Assembly (NCBI GenBank): GCA_965203295.1
Contig: CBDBCZ010000013.1
Span: 800,001 to 864,000 of the forward strand
Origin: Nitrospirales bacterium
GTDB taxonomy: Bacteria; Nitrospirota; Nitrospiria; Nitrospirales; UBA8639
DNA length: 64,000 nucleotides
Direction of reading: 5' to 3'
The notes beneath the pieces were generated by a model. The model saw only the letters and a list, made by a program, of their open reading frames with translations, was not told the DNA's origin and searched no databases. Numbering within the stretch: position 1 is the stretch's first letter; each line of letters begins with the position of its first letter. The translations under genes were made by a program, and so were the position numbers. Shown here in pieces: positions 29,932 to 40,090 of the stretch.

Positions 29932-30500
29932 AATTGAAGGGCTGAGAACCAGAGTGGTCTAACCTAACGAAAGAAACTTCCCCCTCCCAAACTTGAGACA
30001 AAAATGTAATTTATACACTGCAAAAAAAAAATGTTTTTGACTACTGAGTGGATACCTGATCTGAGTAGCTATGGGGGTAGGAGTTAGACTACAAAGTGGT
30101 GATTTGTTACTCGTAAGATATTTGGCATTTCATACAAATTATGTACAAATTGTGAGTCTTTTATCTACATGGGATTCAACATTCCAAATGGAGGAGCTGA
30201 GGTTCCTGGAACCTCCTCCAGTTACTGAGTCGCATGTTATTATAGTGATGAAAGACTCACAAAAATGTATGACATGTATTCAAAACACCACTTTGAGGTC
30301 TAACTGCTACATACACTGTCATCTGCAATTCAGGTAACCACTAAGTACATAGTCAACATATTCTTTGCAGTGAAGAGCTAGTTACTCAAAATTTAAGACT
30401 TTCATCATATTTGTCATACACTCATGCACTTTTGTACAAATTATGCACTTTTCAGTGCTTGATTTTGGGTTGGCCCACTATGGCTCTCAGCCCTTCAATT
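29932..30500. mobile_element. MITE in the 3' flank of NAT copy 1, containing a nested CACTG-ended element (30016-30372)
   Basis: AATTGAAGGGCTGAGA ... CTCTCAGCCCTTCAATT termini; absent from the homologous 3' flank of NAT copy 2. Inner CACTGCAAA ... TTTGCAGTG termini. Confidence 0.75.
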
Positions 30501-31549
30501 ATTACAGCTATACTGATTCTGTATTTGTATTAGCACACTGAATTTGTATTCTTTAGTGCACATCGTTAATGTTCTTGGTATTGTGACTGTTGTTAAGGAA
30601 CAAAAAGAATTGCAAAGCATGAGCATAATCGGAGGGCACTCTGTAATCTATGATTGCCCTGGAGAGGTCACTGCACGTTCCATACTTATTATTAAGTCTC
30701 TGATCACCACATTCCAATAGTTGTTGTTCCTCATTCCAATTATTGTTCCATTCCTCATTCCAATAGCCATCGCGCCTTGTTCGATAGCTCTCACACTATA
30801 CTGAAAATAAACTATGAACTTTGCTCCTCATTCCTCACTGGTACATGGCATTGCAACATCATTAATACTTTTTAGAATTGAGATACACAAACAGGACGTC
30901 TAGGCTAGCTGCCATGCAGGATTCTGCTGTGGATGTCGTTAACAGTCCACCTTCCACAGTGGATGGTAAATGGAAACACAGTTAGTTCATCTAGGAAAGT
31001 AAAATGCTTGAATTATTATAGCAAAGACTTTACAATCCAGCTGCAGTAATGATAGCCAATACGTAAATCTATATATCATTCATTGTGTATTACCAAGTAC
31101 TGGCAGCAGTGCAAGAAGTAATAATGGTGAAGAGCCAGAGTGGTCTAACCCACAATTTTGAACTTAACTCTTCCAAACTTGAGAATACTCTTACAATTTG
31201 TTTTAGGAGCTCTGCAAAATTAAAAGATTTTCTCATTTTTGGTCAAACATTCCCTCACAGCTTTCTTCGTAGGTATGGCTGCAAAAAAAAGCTGTGAGTG
31301 CAGGCTACCAGTGCACCCTCCCCTGCATGAAGACTCTGGCCAGATATAGAAATGAACTTTAGAAACATGTAGCAGCGTAGAGTGGAGCTTTATCACGCTT
31401 CTTGAATTTGCTCAGGTTCAGAGCCTCCAAGAGAAGCTATAACAGACAGATGCAGTATGTGTGTAAAGGTATTAGGCTAAATAAGACTGATCACAAGCTT
31501 GTCCAAGGCCTGTGGGTTGTATATATAGGAATTATTAATTAATAATTAT

Positions 31550-31696
31550 CCCTTTACCAACCATAAGAAACATACAGCTTAAAGAAGCAGAAAAGCCTGT
31601 ACAAAGTATTAACGCCTAGTATTAAAACCCCCATATAAATTCATATGGGCCTGTGGGAGCTCATGACGCATATATGCGTCATTGGTTGGTAAAGAG
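31550..31696. mobile_element. piggyBac-like MITE, copy 2
   Basis: ttat|CCCTTTACCAACCA ... TGGTTGGTAAAGAG|ttaa. Confidence 0.72.
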
Positions 31697-31881
31697 TTAA
31701 GTGGCTATTAGAACGATGGCTACCCCAACCAATTCTAAATATGACATTGACTTGGTGTAGATGTACAATGTCATGTTGGCATTATCAGAATGAACACAAT
31801 AGCTGCATATTAAAGCATACTGAGACTCGCACATTGACAAGTAGCTATAATAATAAAAAGTCTAATGACTGCTGGAGAAGT

Positions 31882-34800
31882 TCATTTGTCTTCTAAGAGA
31901 GGTTCTCGAAGCTCAATAAATGTTGAGGGGACAGATTTTGGGATAATTGCAGAATCAAGAGTGCTTTCCAAATCTGTAGAATTATTTAACAACAAATCCC
32001 TGCTCTTGTTTCTGGAGAATGGACTTTGACAAAAGCTTCGAAAATTAAATTTCTGCTTCTTCCACATTTCAGTGTTCCTTACTTGCACTACAGTGTGGTA
32101 GACGACAATACCAACAAAAGTCCCAGCAGCGATTGCAACAGAAGTATACGTGACAGCCTCTTGGTTGCCTCCTGCGAGATTGATGTATAAGGTGGTTGTT
32201 GCGAGCACACCAAGATTCAAAATGAATGAAGATTCCAACAGTGTAAGAATCCAGTTTTGATAGATGCCAGTGGTGAGTAAGGTTACAATGAAAAAAGCGG
32301 TGGAAGAAATGGTAAGCAAGCTGATGTTGTCGCCGCCGTAGACAAAAAATACACCACAGCGAAAAAGAAGTAACAGTCCGGTCCAGTATCGTTGCTTGGA
32401 AGTGTAAGGTGCATGATACGCATCAAGGTGGGCCTTTATACTAGGTCTCGTGATCCACGAAAATATCTTCCATGTAGACTTTGCCTGGATCCATTGGCTG
32501 AATAGGAGTAGTAAAGTGTAGGGCAAAAACACAAAAGCTATGGATAATACTGCAGCTATGAAAAGTGGAATGTGTTTTCCAGTGAGGTACCTCACGTTTC
32601 CATCATTAAACCACACAGCTACTTTCAAGCTATTTGGATACTCCACAAATGCTATTGAGAGAGCAGAGATTATCGTGCGAAGGAACTTGGCATATGACAG
32701 TAAGAACAGGGTAGCGAGGACTGCAACTGGATTGTTGCCAAGCAGAGCTGCTACCTTGCGTGAAAAGTGGCTAATTAGAAATATAATGCCGACTAAACTC
32801 CATACATAGACAGGAAATACGAACTGCAGCCATGTCTTAGCATAGCTGTCCATGCCCTCGTAGAAGCAGGTTTCAATCCCCAAGTCTAAGTTGAGCCAGG
32901 CTATAAACACGTTGCTGACTCCCGATGGGAAGAAGAGGGCAGAATTTGCTTGTACTACATTGGCATAAAAGATCAGTCCATGAATGGTTCCAGCTGCAAC
33001 AGTCAGCTTCAAAACGAACAGAAAGAATACCAATGTGATGCCTGCAAATGCAAATGCTAGCAAGAGTGAAAGATAGTCATCAGTGCACTGCAAGCAACGA
33101 GAAGTTCCAAACACGGCACTAAAGCCAGGGTTACACTCTCCGCAAAGTATTCCAGATCTGTTAAAGTTGCATAAAGGACTGCTGTTATCAACTGTGATGA
33201 AAGCATCCCCAGTAATACAGTAATCAAAAGGACATTCATTGCGAAGAATTAAACCCTGGGAATCACTGTCATAGCCCAGCCAGAAATTGACATTGTGTGG
33301 ACGAAATATTGTGGCACTGTCTACATCACATGTGTTGGTAAACCTCTGCAGTCTTTCATTGCACACACAAGCTTGCTCTGTGTTTGATAACTCAAAACCA
33401 TGTGGGCATGGAAGGACTTCAATCTGAAGTACAACAGACCTTCCTTCACTGGAACACGGTCCTTGTGCATACAGTTCAACTTGATGTATTCCTTCTACTG
33501 AGGTCAAAATGGTATATCGAAGATTAGTGCATGTGTTATTTATCCTTTGTGTATATTCAAGCTCACCGAAGGATATGGTGTTAAGAAAACTTGTTCGGAT
33601 GACTGCAGGCACACTTCCGTTCCTCTGGCCAAGAGCAATTACAGGAATTTGCAGTGAGCCTCCAGGATACACGCGCCTGGTGATAGGGAAGTTAGCGCAA
33701 CTCGGTTCACATTCGGAGCAACTACATGTACACGTGTAAAGTGGTGGAGAAGCAATGCCAAGAGATCTAGATGCATTTGGAACAGCAGTAGAACTGACGA
33801 GGTCAAAAACTTCTCCACTGGATCTGAATTCACAGAAGTCCTGCTGGCAATAGACGATATTGGAAAAAGTACAACTGTCGATGGTTCCACCATATAAGTC
33901 ACTCCCACCTTCAGAGGCATGATTTCTATCAAAATTAAGGCTGGTATTGAGATCTACTACACTTTGAATAGCTATCAGAGTTGTAGTGGTGTTAGTTTGA
34001 ATTTGGAAGAAACACATACCCTGAACGTTAAAGGCAATAAAGTTAGCTGGTACAAAGCAGTATTCCAATGGTGCCGAGTCTTCAACTTCCACAGCTCCTC
34101 CAGTTACTTCAGCTCTGTTGTCTGCAAAGTATACTGCAGTATTGGCAAGCAAGTACATCTTTGAATTTGCTGTTAGCAAGAGTCCTCCTCCATTGAGTGC
34201 TGCATTTCCTAAGAAATTAATGGTCCCCTCAAATTGTAAATTACTGCTGGATGCATAGATTCCGCCACCAAAATTGGCTGTATTGTTGGAAATACCACTA
34301 AGTCCAAAGAAAGAAACATTGGATGCTATTGAATAAACGCTTCCCCCATAAACAGCACTATTATTCTGAAATTGTGTTGTGTCCATAAACGCTAGACGGC
34401 TTTCACCAGCTGCCATTAGTGCACCACCATATTGGGCTCTATTGTTCTGAATACTAATATTCCCATTAAACATCATACTAGTGCCAAATGCTAAAACTGC
34501 ACCGCCTATGACAAAAGCTGAATTCCTGTCAAAAGTAGTGTTTCCACTGAATTGAATATCACCGTTTCCTATAGCCATTGCACCACCCAATGTCATTGCT
34601 GTGTTATTCATGAAAACTGTACCTTTTGCAAAAATCACTTTTCCAAAAAATATGCATAATCCACCTCCCTCGAGTCCTGCGAAGTTAGATACAAATTCAG
34701 TTTTAGTAAAGTTGACAGTGCTCTGAAGCATACACATTCCAGCTCCATTGAAATTTGCAGAGTTATTCACAAACGCACTATTAGTAACATTCACGGTACA

Positions 34801-36429
34801 GTTCATCAAGTAAGCTCCTCCACCGGTATGGGCTCTGTTGTTAAGAAACATGCTATTTGTGACAGTGAGATTGCTGTTTTGAGCATAGATTGCACTACCT
34901 GGTGCGCCACCATCATTAAAATTAACATTGTCCCTAAAAATGCAGTTTGAAATTTCGAACCAAGGCACATTCAATATACTAAATGCTGGATTAGCACCAT
35001 CTGCACATGATATGAAGCTCAAGCCTCTAATACGTACCGTTGCAATTCGGATGAAGGCAAAACTAGATGCACTATTACAGACGATGTTGCTAGTAACTTT
35101 GTCAGGGGAGGAAGACACTGCCAGGAATGACAGACTAGTGATGTCAGCAATCAAGAGCCCACTGTCTAGAGAGTGATTGCCAGGGAGGAAAACAAATGTC
35201 ACGTCAGATGTGAAATATTCTATCGGCTGCCTAAAGTACTCAGAAAGAGTGAAGCAAGGCTCTCCAGGGCAAGACAACTCGGGTGCATTGGAAACATAAT
35301 AAACACTCGTGTTTTGTACTGAACTTCCAAAAACTACATTTCCTGAATTGTTTGCAATTACATTCTCTGTAAAGTTTTCGATGCGTCTGATGAATGAATA
35401 AACCACCCATCCACCACCTTGGTTGCTTATAAAGCGGTTGTTGTTGAAGCTTACCTCGCCAATCGAACCGACTAATACTCCAGCAGCATTCAGATTAGCA
35501 CTGTTACCCGTGAAACTATTATCAATGAGTTCAGTGAGAAAGTTTTCTGTATATATTCCACCTCCAGTTCTATTGGCAGTATTATTACTAAACTCGTTTC
35601 CTACGAATTTCGTTTCACCACTACTAACATGAGCTGCACCACCAGTCTCACCAGCCTGGTTACTTTTGAAAGTATTTCTTATGAAGTTCAGTCTGCCTTC
35701 CACCACAATACACCCACCACCTTGTGTTCCCGCATTGTTATTCGTAAAAATGTTCTCAGTAATATTGCCATTGCTGCTTATACATGAAATTCCACCTCCA
35801 TCCACTGCAGCACGATTTCCCACAAATGTGTTTCCCCTGCATTCCACTTCGCTGAACATTATGCAAACTGCACCTCCAGAGTAGGCTGAGTTGCTCTCAA
35901 ATAAATTTCCAGAAAGAATGACCCTGTCACTAGAGTACACACTAAGGGCACCTCCATGTGTAGATGTATTTCTCCGAAATTTTTGACTATTTTGAAAAAC
36001 ACAGTCCGAAATAATAACGAGAAATGCTGTTGATACTGTTACAGCTGAACTGTAGTTGCCACTGCCACCACAGGAAGAAAATGCAAGACCATTAATGTAA
36101 AGATTACCAATAGCATTGAAGGTTAAGCTAGTACCCTCGCTGCAGATAATCGTGCTTGTGACTTGAGGTAAATTGCTGATATCACCGAAAAGGGACAGGC
36201 TTGGAATATTCTGAAAAGAAGCATTTCTTCCAAGAGTGTAGTTACCAGGGAGGAACCTAAGTGTAACATCAGAAGTGGAGAACCGGACCCCCTGTTCTAA
36301 CTCAAAGAGGGTGAGGCAGTTTTGTCCAGGGCAGGTTGTATCTGGTGAAGGAGTGATGTAGTAAGTGCTCTGAGCAGAGCACAGTGAAAGAATCAATAGA
36401 AGCACAAACTGTAACTGCCACGGATGCAT
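31882..36429 (-). CDS. Single-exon 1515-aa cell-surface protein: signal peptide, PMP-type beta-helix repeats, Cys-rich region, multi-pass TM C-terminus
   Basis: Hydrophobic leader; two modules starting YYI/V.P....CPG..C.TL; many GGA(I/L/V) and FxxN motifs; CPHGF..CVC..CPFDYC..CNFNRSGILCGECNPG; many hydrophobic helices; ends ELREPLLEDK. Confidence 0.9.
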   Translation of the reverse strand: MHPWQLQFVLLLILSLCSAQSTYYITPSPDTTCPGQNCLTLFELEQGVRFSTSDVTLRFLPGNYTLGRNASFQNIPSLSLFGDISNLPQVTSTIICSEGTSLTFNAIGNLYINGLAFSSCGGSGNYSSAVTVSTAFLVIISDCVFQNSQKFRRNTSTHGGALSVYSSDRVILSGNLFESNSAYSGGAVCIMFSEVECRGNTFVGNRAAVDGGGISCISSNGNITENIFTNNNAGTQGGGCIVVEGRLNFIRNTFKSNQAGETGGAAHVSSGETKFVGNEFSNNTANRTGGGIYTENFLTELIDNSFTGNSANLNAAGVLVGSIGEVSFNNNRFISNQGGGWVVYSFIRRIENFTENVIANNSGNVVFGSSVQNTSVYYVSNAPELSCPGEPCFTLSEYFRQPIEYFTSDVTFVFLPGNHSLDSGLLIADITSLSFLAVSSSPDKVTSNIVCNSASSFAFIRIATVRIRGLSFISCADGANPAFSILNVPWFEISNCIFRDNVNFNDGGAPGSAIYAQNSNLTVTNSMFLNNRAHTGGGAYLMNCTVNVTNSAFVNNSANFNGAGMCMLQSTVNFTKTEFVSNFAGLEGGGLCIFFGKVIFAKGTVFMNNTAMTLGGAMAIGNGDIQFSGNTTFDRNSAFVIGGAVLAFGTSMMFNGNISIQNNRAQYGGALMAAGESRLAFMDTTQFQNNSAVYGGSVYSIASNVSFFGLSGISNNTANFGGGIYASSSNLQFEGTINFLGNAALNGGGLLLTANSKMYLLANTAVYFADNRAEVTGGAVEVEDSAPLEYCFVPANFIAFNVQGMCFFQIQTNTTTTLIAIQSVVDLNTSLNFDRNHASEGGSDLYGGTIDSCTFSNIVYCQQDFCEFRSSGEVFDLVSSTAVPNASRSLGIASPPLYTCTCSCSECEPSCANFPITRRVYPGGSLQIPVIALGQRNGSVPAVIRTSFLNTISFGELEYTQRINNTCTNLRYTILTSVEGIHQVELYAQGPCSSEGRSVVLQIEVLPCPHGFELSNTEQACVCNERLQRFTNTCDVDSATIFRPHNVNFWLGYDSDSQGLILRNECPFDYCITGDAFITVDNSSPLCNFNRSGILCGECNPGFSAVFGTSRCLQCTDDYLSLLLAFAFAGITLVFFLFVLKLTVAAGTIHGLIFYANVVQANSALFFPSGVSNVFIAWLNLDLGIETCFYEGMDSYAKTWLQFVFPVYVWSLVGIIFLISHFSRKVAALLGNNPVAVLATLFLLSYAKFLRTIISALSIAFVEYPNSLKVAVWFNDGNVRYLTGKHIPLFIAAVLSIAFVFLPYTLLLLFSQWIQAKSTWKIFSWITRPSIKAHLDAYHAPYTSKQRYWTGLLLLFRCGVFFVYGGDNISLLTISSTAFFIVTLLTTGIYQNWILTLLESSFILNLGVLATTTLYINLAGGNQEAVTYTSVAIAAGTFVGIVVYHTVVQVRNTEMWKKQKFNFRSFCQSPFSRNKSRDLLLNNSTDLESTLDSAIIPKSVPSTFIELREPLLEDK

Positions 36430-36433
36430 TGCA

Positions 36434-36688
36434 GTCCACTACAGATACGTTTGTATATAATTATACACAAATGTGAACTTGTACCATCGGTACTCTTATA
36501 CGAACAAATTAATTCTCACGTTGCTGTACTTTAGAACAAATATTTTCCTGCCTTGTATTTCAAAACTGTATATGTCCACTACAGATATTTTTGTATATTA
36601 TATACACCAATGTGAGCTTGTACCACCAACACTCCTATATGGAGTATTAATTCTCACGTTGCTGTACTTTAGAACAGATATTTTCCTT
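36434..36688. repeat. About 139-bp tandem duplication just upstream of the receptor start, duplicating its 5'-UTR splice acceptor
   Basis: gtccactacagata...attctcacgttgctgtactttagaaca.atattttcct at 36434 and 36573; minus strand reads ctgtag|tggac in both. Confidence 0.8.
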
Positions 36689-38514
36689 CCTTCAAAGATA
36701 ACGGTACTTCAAAAACTGTATTGATCTAAAAACAGAGAATGGAGAGTGTATGTATCATTACATGCTCCATACAAACAGTATTGAGCTCATATGTAGTAGG
36801 GTCACAGGTGACAATAAATATCGGTACCTGCCATCTGCCATAAAATGCTGTATGTGACAATTATTGTTAACTTCAACATTGTGCCCGATAAAGATAGCAA
36901 GAATTTGCTAGTTTCAGAAGTAGGTTCCTTCCCAAGGCTTCGTCCTATGATGTTGAGGTAGTGGTTTAGCTAAACAAGAGGTTACTCAAGGAGATCTAAG
37001 TAAACCACAAGGAAGAACTGTACTTCTAGAATAGACTGTGTAAATGAGACCAGCAAGTAAATCTGTACTAAGTCTGCAGCTAGCTGACTCAGGTGCTGTT
37101 ATCTAATACTGGCACCTTTTACAGGCTATTCATGATAGTGAATATCAGATGACACTGCATTTCAAATGTGAATATCAATATCAGCTTGACAGTGGCTTTA
37201 GCTGAATCATGAGAAATTTTGCTTGTCAGAGTAATGGTATTATGTCATAGTTCTGAACATACCTATATTATATACATAAAATGATTAGTATACATGAGAA
37301 TGGAGTCACTTGCAGGTCCCGTATTTTGTGCTCTATCCATGTAAGTATATAGCTACTCACTGGTATTCTAAGGTGGTGTCTGGCCAGCCCCGGGCCCACC
37401 CATAAGCCTCAACTTGCATGCATGGTTGGTTTGTTCTGAGAAGGATCTCTTCTCACCGACTGTTCATTGTTAACTTCCAAATATCAAACTTATAGGTGCA
37501 AAAAGCTTGGCCATGTACTGTATATATGCAGCCTAATAAACGCTAGTTAATTAATCAAGTACCTGCTATAATTATAGTAGGCTCATGCTTGAGAGTTGAA
37601 GACACCGCAAACACAGGAAGTCAGTACACTACTATTGTGCTAAAATTCCTCCAGTGTATACAGTGGTCTATAGTCTACAGCATGGGCAAAGAAGGCTGAT
37701 GTCTAAATTCATGATTAAAAGGAATGCATGCGATTAGTCATAAATGCTATCAATGCAGTCATGGACTAGTCACATGTATTCAATATTATTGCACTATGAA
37801 CTAACCTTTTTGGACTCAGTCAATGGTTGCAATAATTGTAACTGGTGATTAGAAATAGTTTACCTGTATAATAATCATGTGAATGAGCATGTGATCACTG
37901 TCATGCAAGGAATATGGCAGCAACATGAGTAGTCTACATTAGTGCTGAAGTCAGTCACTAGTATGAACAATTACATGCCTTATGCTATACATGTACTTAT
38001 GCACCATGCGCATGCATACACACAAAAGTAATTATGACAATTCTGTTTCAGTTAGTCATCTTGTACCTATGTGTATGATTAAGTCTCACTATTTACCTGC
38101 ATGTGCTACAGAAGTGATCATCAGTGATCTAACGCTTCAAGGCTTAAAATGAATACTTGAAAGCTGGCAGTTTTTAATTTTACTGATAATTATACAGGCT
38201 GGAATTGCCGTGCATTTAGATCTACATATAGGCTTCTGCCACGCAGGCAAATGCAAGTTTTAACTTTTAACTTTATCGCTTGTACCGACAGCTTTGAGGC
38301 TAGAAGACGCTCGCTAGTGCCCCTCCCTTTTTCAAATTGCCCGACCAGCTGAATATATTCAGGAGACAGACAGACTGCCGTGCGTGTATAGTACCCATTA
38401 TAAGTTCAAGACTTACCTTACGGTAAGGACGTAAAAGCACCTCATAGAACACGGCTGCTCTGGTCAAAATATCAATATCAGCCGCAAAGCTATTCCCGGA
38501 AGTAGGCGTGGTAG

Positions 38515-38557
38515 TAGTCTCGCGGGCCAGACAAAAATCGTCTGGCCCGCGAGACCA
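38515..38557. mobile_element. 43-bp hairpin MITE
   Basis: gcgtggtag|TAGTCTCGCGGGCCAGAC-aaaaatc-GTCTGGCCCGCGAGACCA|gcgtggtat. Confidence 0.75.
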
Positions 38558-39409
38558 GCGTGGTATATACGTATATATAGCTGATAGCGTCCGTGTACTA
38601 CGAGGTGTACTATGTTGAAGACAATACTATGGTAGAAGGTCCATATGCTGTAAGATTATAGACCCAGCAGTCTGCTATCTGAGTCTAGATTCTGTAGCAT
38701 CAGACAACCCCTACAAGCTGGGAATTTTGGTAAACTCACCTTATATAATGTGTCATTATACATGCCTATATAATGACACATCACAGTAGAATTGTTGTAT
38801 TAACTTGGGATTGTTCTTTGAGTTTCATATTGTAAACACATTACATGCATGCACGAATACAGCTTGACCCATTCTTGGTCAAGAATGCTAAAACATTATT
38901 AGAGACAAAACACCTAGCTACCGCTATTCCACACAACATGCACATCTAAAAAATTCCCCAACCTCATAGTAAAAGCTGAGAGAGCAGTCGCTGATTCAGT
39001 GATGATGGTGATGATTAATATAGTAAGGATGCATGTCAATGATGTCACTACACCATGGTCCCCTATAGGTACACTGCTAAAATTGTTTTAATTACACCAG
39101 CTATATAGGGTTGCCTCAGTTGAAGTTACACTACCAAACTATGCAGTTTGAAGTTACTGCAGGAAGATAGTATCAATGAGAATTCAAAAATGTATGTACT
39201 TACTATAACAGTGTTCAGTGAGAGTAGCTGAATCTTAAACGTGGTGGGATTCAACAGCGCTGAACTCATGTAAGTGCATTTATTTGAAATTCTTATTGAT
39301 ATTGGCTTCCTGCCATAAAAATCACACAGTTGTAGTGCAGCTCCCACAGATATACCCCTAGCTGGTTTAAAACAACTCCTAGGGTCTACCGTAGTGTTCT
39401 ACACTTATA

Positions 39410-39476
39410 TAGCCTCGTTCCCAGGCTCTACTTCCCAGCTTTTTTTTGCACGTAGTAGAGCCTGGGAACGAGGCTA
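39410..39476. mobile_element. 67-bp hairpin MITE with 8-bp TSD
   Basis: cacttata|TAGCCTCGTTCCCAGGCTCTACT ... AGTAGAGCCTGGGAACGAGGCTA|cacttata; 23-bp perfect TIR. Confidence 0.88.
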
Positions 39477-39641
39477 CACTTATACATAGTGTACTGTCAT
39501 CAGTGAAGTTGACACTCAATGAAGTTGGTTTTCCTTGCCCTTAGGCCCGTGGGAGAATCAGACAGAACGAAGCAGACTTCTGGCATTCCAAGCTTGAGAA
39601 TCTTTGACATATGAGTAAACAAAATCAGAACACACCCCCCC

Positions 39642-39673
<32 letters not shown>

Positions 39674-39923
39674 AGTAATAAACCAAAACGACAAAATAAC
39701 AACAAGCATGGGCAGTCTTTTTATGCGGAGCCACTCGATCATTTATTACTGGAGTAAATAATAGATGATAATCTCATACTAGCTCACCCATGTAATTATT
39801 GTACGGCTATAACTAGTTCACATCTATGCTTTCATTTAAGATATTTCACAGTTGCAACAAGAAAAGACATCCTTTAATTTAACTCTTATATTATACAATT
39901 ATGAGTGTCATACATGATGTAAA

Positions 39924-40090
39924 ATGTTTACGTATACTTTTGTACATTACGTACTACAAAAAAATTAAGGACATGGAAATACAGCAGTGAAAAAGACAAG
40001 ACTTTATGTTTACGTATACTTTTGTACGTTACGTACCGCAAAAAAAAATTAAGGACATGGAAATACAGCAGTGAAAGAGACAAGACTTTA
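39924..40090. repeat. About 82-bp tandem duplication
   Basis: atgtttacgtatacttttgtac.ttacgtac..caaaaaaa.ttaaggacatggaaatacagcagtgaaa.agacaagacttta occurs twice. Confidence 0.85.

Noticed and set aside
32540..35884. Several plus-strand ORFs inside the 1515-aa gene (likewise those antisense to the NATs, NLR and LINEs)
   Set aside because: Antisense shadows of long coding sequences.
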